Below are positions 29,909 through 40,368 of a stretch of 64,000 nucleotides of DNA, one piece after another (position 1 is the first letter of the stretch; each line of letters opens with the position of its first letter). The notes below the pieces were generated by a model. It made no database searches. It was not told the origin of the DNA and saw only the letters and a list, made by a program, of their open reading frames with translations. The translations under genes were made by a program, and so were the position numbers. The stretch spans positions 248,001 to 312,000 of the IMG/VR virus record IMGVR_UViG_3300027770_000025; one strand, given 5' to 3'.

Positions 29909-31088
29909 TTACCGGCTCTGCGAAAATTTTTCCGCTAGCGGGTTCAACTTGATAAACCGTAACTAGTAGATCGTCCCCGGGTTTAAGATTATTGGTTTTT
30001 TTACCAATTCTCTCCTGAGGGATAAGAGCCATAAGACCAAATGCTACAAGATCAATAAGAATACCATTTTTTCTCTTGTGTTTAATTTTTGCTTCAATTG
30101 GCTCGCATGTTCCGTCCTTGATTTGTTTATCAAGATCGTGTATAATAACGTTTCTTTCTAGAGGTTTCTCTAGGGTTAATGTTAATCTGTTATTGTCTTT
30201 AATCTCCTTAACGTAAAATTCGATCTCATCACCAGGATTTACACTAGTAATTGAGTTATCCTCGCTGAATTCAGTTTTATGTATAAGTCCAGTATAAACC
30301 TCTTCCCATTCAACAAATACGCCAAAGTTGCTTGTTCCAGTAACATATCCTTTATATTTCTTAGTAAGATCCAATTCCTGAATCTTGCTTTCCATAATTT
30401 TATTAAGATATTTCTTATAAGAAACGATAAAGATGTCCTTAGCTTCAATGTATCCTTCAATCATTACATGTAATTCTTTACCTATATAAGATTCAAAATC
30501 AGTAATTCTATTAGCAGCAGCCAAAGATCCAGGTAAGAAACATTTAATACCAGATAGATCAACAATATATCCACCCTTATTAATGCTCTCTATCTTAACC
30601 AGGTATGCACTAGACTCCTTCTTAATCTGTTCGAATAATTCAACTCTAAGGCTGTGTATGTAATATTCAACAACAGAACCTGAGTATACTCCCCCGCTTT
30701 TTCTAATCTTAGCCTGTAATACATCTCCTGGATTGAAAGATATGTCAGTTATTTTTAATTTGTCAGCGTCTTTTCTCTCCTTCTTAAGATCTATGTAAAT
30801 TGTTTGCCCTGTGCTTGTTTGTGCTAGTGCTTCTGTCTCGGTAACACTAACGACCTTACATGGGTAAATGCTACCCTCGTCAAGATCTTTAGATAAACTC
30901 ACATTTCCAGAAACCTCTCCGAAATAATTATTATAAGCATCTAATAGTTCCTGAGCATAAGGCTCATGACAATAGACTTTAGATCCACTAGGAATCCTTT
31001 TTAGTTTAGTGTTTGGTTTTCTGCCATTCTCTACGTCCCAGTTAAAATCGTCCGGGTTGTGTGTTTTATTTGATGATAAATCGATCAT
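29898..31088 (-). CDS. rpsA: Ribosomal protein S1-like multi-S1-domain RNA-binding protein
   Basis: KGGYIVDLSGIKCFLPGS, GYVTGTSNFGVFVE...GLIHKTEFS and LKPGDDLLVTV indicate 3-4 S1 domains. Confidence 0.85.
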   Translation of the reverse strand: MIDLSSNKTHNPDDFNWDVENGRKPNTKLKRIPSGSKVYCHEPYAQELLDAYNNYFGEVSGNVSLSKDLDEGSIYPCKVVSVTETEALAQTSTGQTIYIDLKKERKDADKLKITDISFNPGDVLQAKIRKSGGVYSGSVVEYYIHSLRVELFEQIKKESSAYLVKIESINKGGYIVDLSGIKCFLPGSLAAANRITDFESYIGKELHVMIEGYIEAKDIFIVSYKKYLNKIMESKIQELDLTKKYKGYVTGTSNFGVFVEWEEVYTGLIHKTEFSEDNSITSVNPGDEIEFYVKEIKDNNRLTLTLEKPLERNVIIHDLDKQIKDGTCEPIEAKIKHKRKNGILIDLVAFGLMALIPQERIGKKTNNLKPGDDLLVTVYQVEPASGKIFAEPVNER

Positions 31089-31120
31089 GTTTTTTTTGTT
31101 TAAGAAGTTATTAATCTTAG

Positions 31121-31128
31121 TATATATC
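31121..31128 (-). promoter_or_regulatory. Putative late promoter GATATATA driving S1-amidoligase-neck genes
   Basis: Exact motif 32 nt upstream of the S1 start. Confidence 0.6.
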
Positions 31129-31161
31129 CAAGCTTAAGTTCCTTTAAAAGTCCGTAATTTT

Positions 31162-32697
31162 TTAAAAAACTACAGGAACAAAACCTACCATAGGAGCAGG
31201 CCCACCAGGGGTTGGTACACCTCCGTTATAAATTAGCTTAAACTCAAGCATATTGGCTGCAAAGGAGAAAGCTAGAGCACTAGAAACTGCGATAGCACTG
31301 ATTCTTCTTTCTGGTATTGTTTTAAAAATTTTTCCTGTATTAAATGCTCTTCTGAGATAATCAGCAAGTCTTTTTCGACTTCCGTAATAAATCGGTGTAT
31401 AGAAACCACCTAAGGGTGGAGGGATTACACAAGGGGGTACAGGGGGAGTTGTAGCAAATGGCTGTAGTATTGTAGATACCCAATAATCTGAAATCCCCTT
31501 AGCCATGATATTATAAGGATCATTAGGATTAGCCTCATCTTCCACCGAAGATCTATCTGCATCAGCAATTGCAGCATCTATTAATTCCTGTACGTATCTT
31601 CTTTTTAGCTCCAAGAATCTTTCTGCCTCTGCTTTATATTCTATAGCCTTAGATTCAGATATACCATCAGATGTGTTTACTATTTCCGAATAAAGCTCAG
31701 ATCCTGTAGATAACCCTTTAACTAGATAATCTAACTGGCCTACTCCAAAAGCATCAATCTCACCACCAAAGAGATTGTCTAGATTAGCATTAGTTAGTAT
31801 ATTGCTTACTTTAAAAGCCTCATCTATATTGGCATCTATCTCGTCATCAGTATCATAATATTCATCTCCAGAATTTATCTCTTCATCAGTATAATAATCG
31901 CTGCTCAAGATTTTTAATTTTTTGAATAGCCCACTATCATACCTTTTATCATAAGTGAACTTAGTTATAAAATCCATTACCATATAATTAGGAATCCTCT
32001 GCGGATCATTAATATGCTCCTCCTGAAATAGCTCCTTAGATATGTTAATATTACGAAGATTCTTAAAATCCTCTATTTTTTTATCGCTGCTAGTTCCTAT
32101 GCTTTTTATAATCTCTATAGATTTATCTACAACTTCCTTTGTCCAATCAGAATAGCTAGGATCGAATCCTATTACATATAACCATTGTATATAATCTGAT
32201 GTTCCGTCATATTTTTGAACTATTCTTCTAGCTATTTCTAAAACTTGCCCACTCCTTGTCTTTGGAAAATTTGGAAATTGTGAGAAAAATATTGAATATG
32301 TAAAATCAGGTATACTTGCCCCGTTTAACTCTGCCCATGCTAAAAATTCAAGATCAAATTTATCCCGATACTCCTCAATATCAATGAGCGGAATTGGCTC
32401 TTTTAGATCCTCATATTTAGGATCTTTTAATTTCTTCTCTAATGTAGGTGATTTTTCGCTCTCAAGCAATTTAAAAGCTTTCGAAAATGCAGTCTTTAAT
32501 AATTCTGAATTCCCCTTCCGGTGTAAGTTACCAAACGGTGTTTGTGCGTTATTGTTTACAGCTAAAACATATTGATCCGCAAGATATGTTGCAAAATCAT
32601 CGACATCCTTTCCTGCAGGATCATAAGGTCCCTGAATCGATTGTCCAGAAAGCTTATTAGAAACATTAGTTATAAAAGAACTCCAATTTGCTGGCAT
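31162..32697 (-). CDS. Hypothetical protein next to the gp5-like gene (likely virion-associated)
   Basis: 511-aa ORF 2 nt downstream of the gp5-like gene; Pro-rich C-terminus. Confidence 0.5.
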   Translation of the reverse strand: MPANWSSFITNVSNKLSGQSIQGPYDPAGKDVDDFATYLADQYVLAVNNNAQTPFGNLHRKGNSELLKTAFSKAFKLLESEKSPTLEKKLKDPKYEDLKEPIPLIDIEEYRDKFDLEFLAWAELNGASIPDFTYSIFFSQFPNFPKTRSGQVLEIARRIVQKYDGTSDYIQWLYVIGFDPSYSDWTKEVVDKSIEIIKSIGTSSDKKIEDFKNLRNINISKELFQEEHINDPQRIPNYMVMDFITKFTYDKRYDSGLFKKLKILSSDYYTDEEINSGDEYYDTDDEIDANIDEAFKVSNILTNANLDNLFGGEIDAFGVGQLDYLVKGLSTGSELYSEIVNTSDGISESKAIEYKAEAERFLELKRRYVQELIDAAIADADRSSVEDEANPNDPYNIMAKGISDYWVSTILQPFATTPPVPPCVIPPPLGGFYTPIYYGSRKRLADYLRRAFNTGKIFKTIPERRISAIAVSSALAFSFAANMLEFKLIYNGGVPTPGGPAPMVGFVPVVF

Positions 32698-32699
32698 CG

Positions 32700-33401
32700 T
32701 TATTTGGTTTTAGATACTTGACTTAAATGCTGAGGATCTGTCATAGGTACAATAGGTACACCAGAAGGTCCTACCCCAGTTGGGTGTGTATGGGCATTAA
32801 AGAAAGTTAGAAAGGTGCTTCCTAAAACTAGTTTCTCTATAGCGGCTTCCCCCAGCTCTATATTTTGAGATTTTACAATCACTTTTTGCTTTGCCCCTTG
32901 TTTTTCCATTCTAACCTCGTCATCATTCAGTTTTAAAACTATTCTAAGTTTCTCTTTATCCGTTCCAGCATTTTGTGTATCAAGTTGAATAGTTGCATCA
33001 CCGAGTTGAAAAACAAGACCTTTTTTTCTTGTGTATATCATCTTCAGAGTTCCTGGTTGAGCCTCCGAGTCATAAATTAAAGCATGTGTACCCTCATATG
33101 AATTATCCTCCTTGAGTTCTGTCATAAGATCCTTAGAAATCTCCTTAATATAGTGATAGCTTATCTTGTAATAATTATTATCCTCAAAATGAACTGCTAC
33201 GACAGAGCCTACTCTAGGTATGCTTATGTTGCCTCCGCCGAAATCTCCGCCAAAAGATAAACCTGCAATCTGTTCTGCCCAGGGCAAATCATCAGAAGGA
33301 ATACCGTCAAATATACCAAAAACTTCTATTTTTGCTCTTCCTTGGTAAAGTGGATCTTCAATATCAACCACCTTACCAAGGTATGTTTTTTCACTTGGCA
33401 T
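32700..33401 (-). CDS. gp5: Baseplate central spike, gp5/gpV-like (OB fold, no lysozyme)
   Basis: YLGKVVDIEDPLYQGRAKIEVFG...LPWA...IPRVGSVVAVHF is the gp5 OB domain; C-terminal AHTHP is the metal-binding apex. Confidence 0.85.
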   Translation of the reverse strand: MPSEKTYLGKVVDIEDPLYQGRAKIEVFGIFDGIPSDDLPWAEQIAGLSFGGDFGGGNISIPRVGSVVAVHFEDNNYYKISYHYIKEISKDLMTELKEDNSYEGTHALIYDSEAQPGTLKMIYTRKKGLVFQLGDATIQLDTQNAGTDKEKLRIVLKLNDDEVRMEKQGAKQKVIVKSQNIELGEAAIEKLVLGSTFLTFFNAHTHPTGVGPSGVPIVPMTDPQHLSQVSKTK

Positions 33402-33403
33402 AA

Positions 33404-35944
33404 TTATTCAAATTTTTCAGGACTAGGATTCATCCCACCTGTGCTAATATTATACTTATCTTTCGATTTTAAATTTCCCATATCTAAAGGGTTTTCGACT
33501 ATAAAATCTCCGCTCGTGTTCGGATAAGCTTTTCCTATATCTCCCCTTGATTTTCTACTCTCCATTTCAGATTTTTGATAAACTGCATTAGGCTTTGTAG
33601 TGAATGTGTTTACTGCATCTCTAAGTTCCCCATTAGAAGCAATTTTTTGTGTTTGTGCATAAACAGGTCCTGCTTCTATAGTTGTTTGATTTGCATTTTT
33701 TACAGCATCAGGATAAACCTTTTGTTCAGTGAGTGGTATTGGATTTTGATTAGGTGGATATACATCGTCTGATATTTGGGGATAAACTCTATCAGGTACA
33801 CCTAGATCAGATCCAGGAACGTTGGAATAAGCATCACCTCCTGGATTAGTGTAAACCCTATCGGGTACACCTAGGTCAGATCCGGGAACGTTGGAATAAG
33901 CATCACCTACTGGATTAGTGTAAACCCTATCGGGTACACCTAGAGCAGTTCCTGGTACATCACTATAAACGTCTCCACCGGGATTAGTGTAAACCCTATC
34001 GGGAACACCTAGAGCAGTTCCTGGTACATCACTATAAACGTCTCCACCAGGATTAGTATAAACCCTATCTGGTACACCTAAGTCTGTTCCAGGTACGCTA
34101 GTGTACGCGTCCCCGCCAGGTGCGGGATATACCCTATCGGGGACTCCTAAGTCTGCTCCAGGCACAGTAGCATAGACGTCACCAGTGGGAACAGGATATA
34201 CCCTATCAGGAACACCTAAATCAGTCCCAGGCACAGTAGCATAGACGTCACCCGTGGGAACAGGATATACCCTTCCAGGTACACCCAAATCTGTACCAGG
34301 TACTTCGTTGTAAGCATCACCCACTGGTGCGGTATAAACTCTATCAGGAACTCCTAAATCAGGTCCGGGTACACTCGTGTATGAGTCTCCCCCGGGTGCA
34401 GGGTAAACCCTACCTTGAATACCAGATACGCTGCTAACACCTAAATCTTGACCCGGTACTTTACCATATACGTCATCTGATACTTTTTTATAAACTCTCT
34501 GTGGCGGACCACCTAAACCTGCTGTTTGTGGATTAGGTAGCTCTGTCTTTTTGAATCCAGCATTAACATTACCTAGTTGATCCAAGAATTGCTGAGCACT
34601 GTTAAATGATAATTTACCTAATACCTGGGAAGGATTCAAGCTATATATGTTACCAAGGGCTAGTGAGTCTAAGCCAGCAACATTAGGTTTTATGAAGCTT
34701 GCAACTCCTTCGTTAATAAGATCATTTAGTGAATTACTTAAAAAGTTAGTTAATAGCTCACCCCCCATAGAAAGAATATCACTACCTAAATTACTAGGAT
34801 TTCTCTGAACCGATGATCTAGCTCCGTCCCAACTATCACCAAGAATCATCGGCTTACCGTCTTGTCTGATATTTGGATATTGGTTTCTCATTCTGACCCT
34901 GCCTACTATAATTCTGAATTTCTGTCCTACTGGTGTTGCTATGTCTGAACCCGCACTGATCTCAGTTGGAATTGCTGTGCTCTCGCTGAAATCGAATTCA
35001 CAATTTCTGCACTCAAAAACTATAACCGGCTTTATGCCTGATTGATCTTGTTGATTTCTAAACATAGACAAATCGTTATCAACACCAGCCCCACCTAAGA
35101 CATTACCTACAAACGAATTAAATCCGCTTGCAGGATTTGTGTCTGATGATCCCCCGTTATTTTCGCTATTCTGTTCACCCGCAACATCTCCTATGTTTGT
35201 CCCTGGGTTATTGCCGGATCCAAGCATCGATGTTAAATTGTCTATCGTAGTTAAAGCAGCAGAAGATCCTATAAGTCTAGATGTCTTGAAAAAATTACGT
35301 ATTTCAGAAACGAAAATATACATAGTAAATTTTCTAAGGTTTCTTGGAACTAACTCTCTCATATTATCATAGTCAAAAGTTGCCTGATTATATAGATCTG
35401 CAAGAGCACTCATTCTCAAATTTAGAGACTCCAATGTGGTAAACTCTAAAGCCTTACTTGCAGTTCTTTGTGAGTTAAATTCACTACCAGACTCAGCAGC
35501 AAATCCCTTTCTTGATACCAAAGATAATTGATCTAATCCTGATATTGTCTGTAAAAACCAAGGTGAATTATTAAGTAAGTCAGTTAAACTATTTTTAAAC
35601 TGTATAAGCATATCTGATCTTTTTCCTCCCCTAGGAAATTGTGCCTCCCTTTCTCTTAGATATGATGTTGCAGAATAAAAATTGATAGCTCCATTTGGTG
35701 TAGTCCTGTAGGAATACTGCGGTTGGCCGAAAGGATTATTTGAGCTAAATCCACTAGGAATATATGATGTTTCTCTAAAAAGAGGACTGGGAGGAAGACC
35801 GTCGTCATCTCTTATTGGGAGTGTACCGAAATCTATCACTATTTTAAATCCAAGATATGTTGGATCCTCGTACTTTCCTTGTTTGGATAGCTTAAAGCCT
35901 TTTAAAAATAGACTCCTTAATTTATCTGTTGCTCCTAGTGACAT
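33404..35944 (-). CDS. Baseplate/tail-tube-associated protein with 23-aa tandem repeats
   Basis: 846-aa ORF in the hub cluster; C-terminal repeats RVYxxPxGDxYxxVPGxDLGVPD. Confidence 0.55.
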   Translation of the reverse strand: MSLGATDKLRSLFLKGFKLSKQGKYEDPTYLGFKIVIDFGTLPIRDDDGLPPSPLFRETSYIPSGFSSNNPFGQPQYSYRTTPNGAINFYSATSYLREREAQFPRGGKRSDMLIQFKNSLTDLLNNSPWFLQTISGLDQLSLVSRKGFAAESGSEFNSQRTASKALEFTTLESLNLRMSALADLYNQATFDYDNMRELVPRNLRKFTMYIFVSEIRNFFKTSRLIGSSAALTTIDNLTSMLGSGNNPGTNIGDVAGEQNSENNGGSSDTNPASGFNSFVGNVLGGAGVDNDLSMFRNQQDQSGIKPVIVFECRNCEFDFSESTAIPTEISAGSDIATPVGQKFRIIVGRVRMRNQYPNIRQDGKPMILGDSWDGARSSVQRNPSNLGSDILSMGGELLTNFLSNSLNDLINEGVASFIKPNVAGLDSLALGNIYSLNPSQVLGKLSFNSAQQFLDQLGNVNAGFKKTELPNPQTAGLGGPPQRVYKKVSDDVYGKVPGQDLGVSSVSGIQGRVYPAPGGDSYTSVPGPDLGVPDRVYTAPVGDAYNEVPGTDLGVPGRVYPVPTGDVYATVPGTDLGVPDRVYPVPTGDVYATVPGADLGVPDRVYPAPGGDAYTSVPGTDLGVPDRVYTNPGGDVYSDVPGTALGVPDRVYTNPGGDVYSDVPGTALGVPDRVYTNPVGDAYSNVPGSDLGVPDRVYTNPGGDAYSNVPGSDLGVPDRVYPQISDDVYPPNQNPIPLTEQKVYPDAVKNANQTTIEAGPVYAQTQKIASNGELRDAVNTFTTKPNAVYQKSEMESRKSRGDIGKAYPNTSGDFIVENPLDMGNLKSKDKYNISTGGMNPSPEKFE
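33757..34498 (-). repeat. Coding tandem repeat, 69-nt (23-aa) unit, 9 full plus 2 degenerate copies
   Basis: Visible in the translation and the DNA (e.g. taaaccctatcggg.acacctag recurring every 69 nt). Confidence 0.9.
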
Positions 35945-35962
35945 TAATAGATTTAATTTTTA

Positions 35963-35970
35963 TATTTATC
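35963..35970 (-). promoter_or_regulatory. Putative late promoter GATAAATA
   Basis: One mismatch to the T4 late promoter TATAAATA, 18 nt upstream of the 35944 start. Confidence 0.5.
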
Positions 35971-35977
35971 TTATTTT

Positions 35978-37537
35978 TTAAACTTCATTTTTAAGAATAG
36001 AAATAGGGAATGCCTTAGGAGCAGCTCCCGAAGAGTTAGCTTTCCATGTTCTTTTAGCTAATACTAAATGTTGCTTCATTCCCGCACTTCCTCTGTTCCA
36101 ATATATTGACATAGAGAAAACGACATAATTACCAGACAAAAACTCATCTTTAGTTGGGCTCATTGAGGTATTATTTTCTTTATTAGGTAGATCTCCAACA
36201 TTCTGTTGTCTTATGCCTCCGCTCGAAACGTAAATAGCTACAGGGATAACCTGACCCCTATAGATTCCAGGAAAGAAATCAGTAAGCTCCACTTCTAGTG
36301 TTAGCTTTGTGCAATCGTTTATATTTATAAGATTCTGATATTTAGCATGAAGGTAATTCTTATGAACACCACCATTATCAGAAACCTGGGTATTTAATAC
36401 TCCAAGCCATTCTCTTCTTTTTTCTTCCTTGTATTCATTTCCTCTGGCTCTACCTTTTTGTAGAATAGCTCCTACACCAACATGCTCAGCTGTAATTGAC
36501 TCTATTGGATAGCTAACATATTTTTGACCAGGATCATCATTTTCTGTATTTTCGTCATAGAATCCTATGTCGGTAATATAACCACTCTGATTTACATTAT
36601 TACCTGCCCTAGAGGTTAAGGTATATCCATTTATAAAATAAGGCACTAAGCCAAATCCTACCCTATTAGTTATAACCAAAGGTACAGTTTGAGCTGTTGG
36701 TGCGGTTCCCTCCGGAAGAGCAGCATCTATTTTATTACCCGCCGAGGTATATCCAGGTAAAATCCTAGCCTCTGCTTTAGGATCTTTATCAAATGCAAAT
36801 TGAGATCCAAGGTTAACAAAATTAAGATTATAATAAGGATCTATCCAGCAATCATAAAAGCTAGTATCGTCGTCTTTATAAGATCTAAGTGAAACCTCCT
36901 GTATGAAATCATAATAAGAATAATTTGGACATATCCAAGTCATTTTATCCGCTAGCGATTTATCATTAGAAGAAAATCCCAGATTCAAATCTTGCGAGAC
37001 CTCAAGCAGAGTATCGTGTGAATTTAAACTACTGAATGATTTTATTCGGTTTGTGTAAATTCCGGGTATTCTGCATTCTGCAACTATATTAAATCTTAAA
37101 TTAATACCCTTCCCCTCAGGATCACTTCCAGATTCAGAGTATTTACTCGATACATCACTAGCAACATTTAGTATATTAAAATCCATTCTTATTGGCTTAT
37201 AGTAATCACCAGGTGCTCTCATGTAGAGAGAAACTATGTCTCCATCTTTAGGGTAATTCACTGATATAAATATGCTTTCAGCTGCAATAAAAGAAAATCT
37301 GATGACTGGCATAAACCCACCAAGATCCATGTCAAATTTAGTAAGATATAGCGAAATATTATAACCATTAATCGAAATAAACGGCACATTTAATCCCGTA
37401 GATTTTTCTGCAGTTTCCCCTGAACTTCTTAATGAATTAACATCACTAGCTCCGTTAGCAAGGTCAGTCTGAACTAGCTCGTCCAGCTTCATGTTGTTTA
37501 GTGCTGAACTAGATATAATTATAGAATCTCTTTCCAT
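35978..37537 (-). CDS. Putative baseplate hub protein (gp27-like)
   Basis: Lies between the gp53-like and gp5-like genes; MTWICPN, CWIDPYYNLNFV and FLSGNYVVFSM resemble hub proteins. Confidence 0.5.
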   Translation of the reverse strand: MERDSIIISSSALNNMKLDELVQTDLANGASDVNSLRSSGETAEKSTGLNVPFISINGYNISLYLTKFDMDLGGFMPVIRFSFIAAESIFISVNYPKDGDIVSLYMRAPGDYYKPIRMDFNILNVASDVSSKYSESGSDPEGKGINLRFNIVAECRIPGIYTNRIKSFSSLNSHDTLLEVSQDLNLGFSSNDKSLADKMTWICPNYSYYDFIQEVSLRSYKDDDTSFYDCWIDPYYNLNFVNLGSQFAFDKDPKAEARILPGYTSAGNKIDAALPEGTAPTAQTVPLVITNRVGFGLVPYFINGYTLTSRAGNNVNQSGYITDIGFYDENTENDDPGQKYVSYPIESITAEHVGVGAILQKGRARGNEYKEEKRREWLGVLNTQVSDNGGVHKNYLHAKYQNLININDCTKLTLEVELTDFFPGIYRGQVIPVAIYVSSGGIRQQNVGDLPNKENNTSMSPTKDEFLSGNYVVFSMSIYWNRGSAGMKQHLVLAKRTWKANSSGAAPKAFPISILKNEV

Positions 37538-37543
37538 TTATCT

Positions 37544-38134
37544 TTAGCTTGTCTGCGGTGTATTGAATCCTCCTCCGCCAGCATTCGGAGCGAATACAAA
37601 GAATCCTTTTTTCTTTAATATTGTCTTTTCCCCTGGTTGTAATACATTAGGTGGAAGATTAAGCTCGGGCTTATTTTTTATTTTATCCTGTAAAAATTTC
37701 TTTCTGCCGTCACTCACTTTAAATTTTTTCTGCTCCTGATTTTTCTTGAATACGTTATTAGGATTTGTATTTGTATTAGAAGTAACCTGCTGATTCTGTA
37801 TTTTCTTAACCCTAAAAGTTTCCTTTACCGTACTGGCATCAGGGATTGCTAAAGCCATACCCTCCTTTAAAGCAAAGGGATTACCTATTGCATTAAACTT
37901 TAATAGCGACCCAACCATACCGGGATCTCCCAGTTTAATAGCTGCTATTAGATCTGGTCTCATTTGATAATACTCGGTAACAATAAAGAAAGAAGCTATC
38001 GATACAGGTAAGTTTTTATATGTTATAGAAGCTTTAGTTAAATCCCATATACCATAGGTTCCCGTTGTATTCAAATCAGTTTGAGGATTGAATACTGATT
38101 TATTCTGGGTGATGGTGTCTATTATTAATGCCAT
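37544..38134 (-). CDS. Baseplate wedge protein, gp53/LysM-like
   Basis: YQMRPDLIAAIKLGD...LLKFNAIGNPFALKEGMALAIP fits the gp53/tail-X LysM-like pattern. Confidence 0.7.
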   Translation of the reverse strand: MALIIDTITQNKSVFNPQTDLNTTGTYGIWDLTKASITYKNLPVSIASFFIVTEYYQMRPDLIAAIKLGDPGMVGSLLKFNAIGNPFALKEGMALAIPDASTVKETFRVKKIQNQQVTSNTNTNPNNVFKKNQEQKKFKVSDGRKKFLQDKIKNKPELNLPPNVLQPGEKTILKKKGFFVFAPNAGGGGFNTPQTS

Positions 38135-38144
38135 TTTATATTAA

Positions 38145-40016
38145 TTAATTTCCTTCCGGACCTAAAGTATCAGGTAAATCGTCAATCTGGCTATTCCATA
38201 AGCCGGTCGATAATGCTTGATCCGGGGTATCCTCGCTAAGTACGTTTCCTGCTACATCAGCAAATGCACCAAAGCTTTGTAAGTTAGCAGATGTTTTTTG
38301 AGTGCTATGATAAAGTCTTCCGTCCCCTCTATTGAATATGCTTTCAATCTCACCCCTTTCCCTGCTTCTTGCGTGTTTGAGTGTGAATGTTGCTTTCATA
38401 GTAGTTGGAAAATCATCAGGTCCTAGCGTGTCACCAAATCCAATAGTAACACCATCACATATTAAATTTCCAATCATTGCAATAGGATTACATGGATTGC
38501 CTATAACTACATGCCATTCTCCTATTGGTGCTCCTGTTAAAAAGCTTAAAGGTGCTTGGTACTTCTCTATAAATTCACCAGTCATAGCTGTTTTCAAGAA
38601 TCTAGAAGCATCGTCGCCTAAAGCATTTGTTATTTCTGCTAGTGTATCTGATATATTATTTCCTGAATTTTTACCCAATCTTGTATAGATCTCCTTTATC
38701 TTAGCAATCGATGCCTCGTCGGTTCCCCCCTGGTCTCCACCTACAGTTTCTGGTGTCTCCGATGAATCGCTACCCCCTGTGACGTTAGCTATCTTGGATC
38801 CATAGGTAAGTAACCATCCCATAGGATCTTTATAGTATTCTTGAAGCCCCTCATCTCCACCAGGAAATCCTATGGCAGGAAAGTTGCTGTTATATCTAAT
38901 ATCCGGAGTTAAAAAATTACCATAATTTGTACCGATCGATAAAAGATTACCCATTAAATCCAAAAAAGCAGCTTTACTATTAACCTCACCAACTGAGCTT
39001 AATTCATATTCAAATATTAGACTTAATCCCTCCCATGTAAAACTAAGACCTGTACCTCTGGTATATCCATCGGTAACAACATCAACAGGGGTCCAGATAT
39101 ATTCCCCCATTATACCAGCTCTTTCCTTAGCAAGATCTCTTAGCCCCTTAGCTCTTATACCCTTAGATATTGTTTCATCCTCGTCAGTTGCAATCATGAT
39201 TCCTTCAGAAAGAGCTGCAGTCGCATCAAAAGCATTACCCATGTCTTCAGATATTTTCTGCATAGCGCCGCCAAAAAATTTAATTGGGCCATCCTGGAAA
39301 AATCCCTTAGAAAAAGCTTCCTGTACTAAAGTAGCTCCCTGAGAACTTGTGCTCCATACTATGCCTGTACTAAATGTAATAAGCTCGGTTAGAGCATTTC
39401 CCGTATTACCTCCAAACCAGGTAACTGCCTGTGCAACAGGTCTTCCTGCTCCCCCTGCATGATATGATTCGCTGCTTTTAATACTATTCTTTTCGCCAGG
39501 TACAGAAAGATTATCCAAAACTGGTGTGGGAAATCTTCTCAGGGTTATCATATAGTTATTCGGGATAGTACCATAGTATTTACAGTACAAGAAGTCTTTC
39601 CAGTAGTAAGGTGCAGAAAGTCCGCCTATTATTGATCCCTCAACGCTACCAAGAAGACCACTTAATATTCCAGTGTTCACGTCGGCTACTGATTCGAATG
39701 TTGCAGTTTCTCTAACAAGAAAACCCGCTGTTGGATTTTTAGATTGTATTGAAGATACCCTAGTGTTATAGTCGGAAGATTCTGATCTGTAATAAGCATC
39801 AATGAAATCGTTTCCCCCGCTTCCTAGCGAATAAAAAAGATATTGCCCATATTTTCCAGGATTCCTCTTAGAAGCCTCGTAGAATAAACTCCTGGCAGTT
39901 GGACCCTTATATGGATTATTAGAACCTAGATTGCTTGCTTCCGATATAATATCATTAGCAGTACCCTGAAGCGTTGCTTCATAGAGTAAACCAATCTTTT
40001 GCTTATCTGCTGGCAT
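38145..40016 (-). CDS. Putative baseplate tail-tube junction protein
   Basis: 623-aa ORF; WHVVIGNPCNPIAMIGNLIC...LGPDDFPTTMKATFTL is a tube-fold-like ending; context. Confidence 0.45.
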   Translation of the reverse strand: MPADKQKIGLLYEATLQGTANDIISEASNLGSNNPYKGPTARSLFYEASKRNPGKYGQYLFYSLGSGGNDFIDAYYRSESSDYNTRVSSIQSKNPTAGFLVRETATFESVADVNTGILSGLLGSVEGSIIGGLSAPYYWKDFLYCKYYGTIPNNYMITLRRFPTPVLDNLSVPGEKNSIKSSESYHAGGAGRPVAQAVTWFGGNTGNALTELITFSTGIVWSTSSQGATLVQEAFSKGFFQDGPIKFFGGAMQKISEDMGNAFDATAALSEGIMIATDEDETISKGIRAKGLRDLAKERAGIMGEYIWTPVDVVTDGYTRGTGLSFTWEGLSLIFEYELSSVGEVNSKAAFLDLMGNLLSIGTNYGNFLTPDIRYNSNFPAIGFPGGDEGLQEYYKDPMGWLLTYGSKIANVTGGSDSSETPETVGGDQGGTDEASIAKIKEIYTRLGKNSGNNISDTLAEITNALGDDASRFLKTAMTGEFIEKYQAPLSFLTGAPIGEWHVVIGNPCNPIAMIGNLICDGVTIGFGDTLGPDDFPTTMKATFTLKHARSRERGEIESIFNRGDGRLYHSTQKTSANLQSFGAFADVAGNVLSEDTPDQALSTGLWNSQIDDLPDTLGPEGN

Positions 40017-40036
40017 TTTTAGCTATCACTATTTTT

Positions 40037-40366
40037 TTACAAATTGTGGATAGCATAATCTATTGTTTCTGGGAATTCCTCAAGAAACTCCTCCAAATTT
40101 GATTTAAAGTCAGGAGGCATGTTTCTATAGCAAACAAGTATACTATCACACTTGTTACTATATATTCCTTGAGTTATTTTATTACGAATTGAATGATTTA
40201 GTATAAATTCTGATTCTGGATTTAGATTAATCGTCTCATACCCAAGATCCCTTATTATTTTGGTTATGTCTATAACATAGAAATCGCAAGAAAAATTTGA
40301 TCTTTTCCTTGCTTCTTTTGGAGAGTTCTTGGAGATATAAAAATTAACATTAGTTCCTTTATCCAT
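40037..40366 (-). CDS. Hypothetical protein
   Basis: ORF in a tightly packed run. Confidence 0.6.
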   Translation of the reverse strand: MDKGTNVNFYISKNSPKEARKRSNFSCDFYVIDITKIIRDLGYETINLNPESEFILNHSIRNKITQGIYSNKCDSILVCYRNMPPDFKSNLEEFLEEFPETIDYAIHNL

Positions 40367-40368
40367 TA

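Noticed and set aside
32700-33401. T4-type gp5 tail lysozyme
   Set aside because: Only 233 aa: OB fold plus short beta-helix and HxH tip, with no lysozyme domain.
33757-34498. CRISPR array
   Set aside because: The 69-nt units are in-frame coding repeats with synonymous variation, no unique spacers and no cas genes.
40037-40366. P-loop kinase
   Set aside because: The alpha/beta pattern is vaguely similar but there is no Walker A motif.
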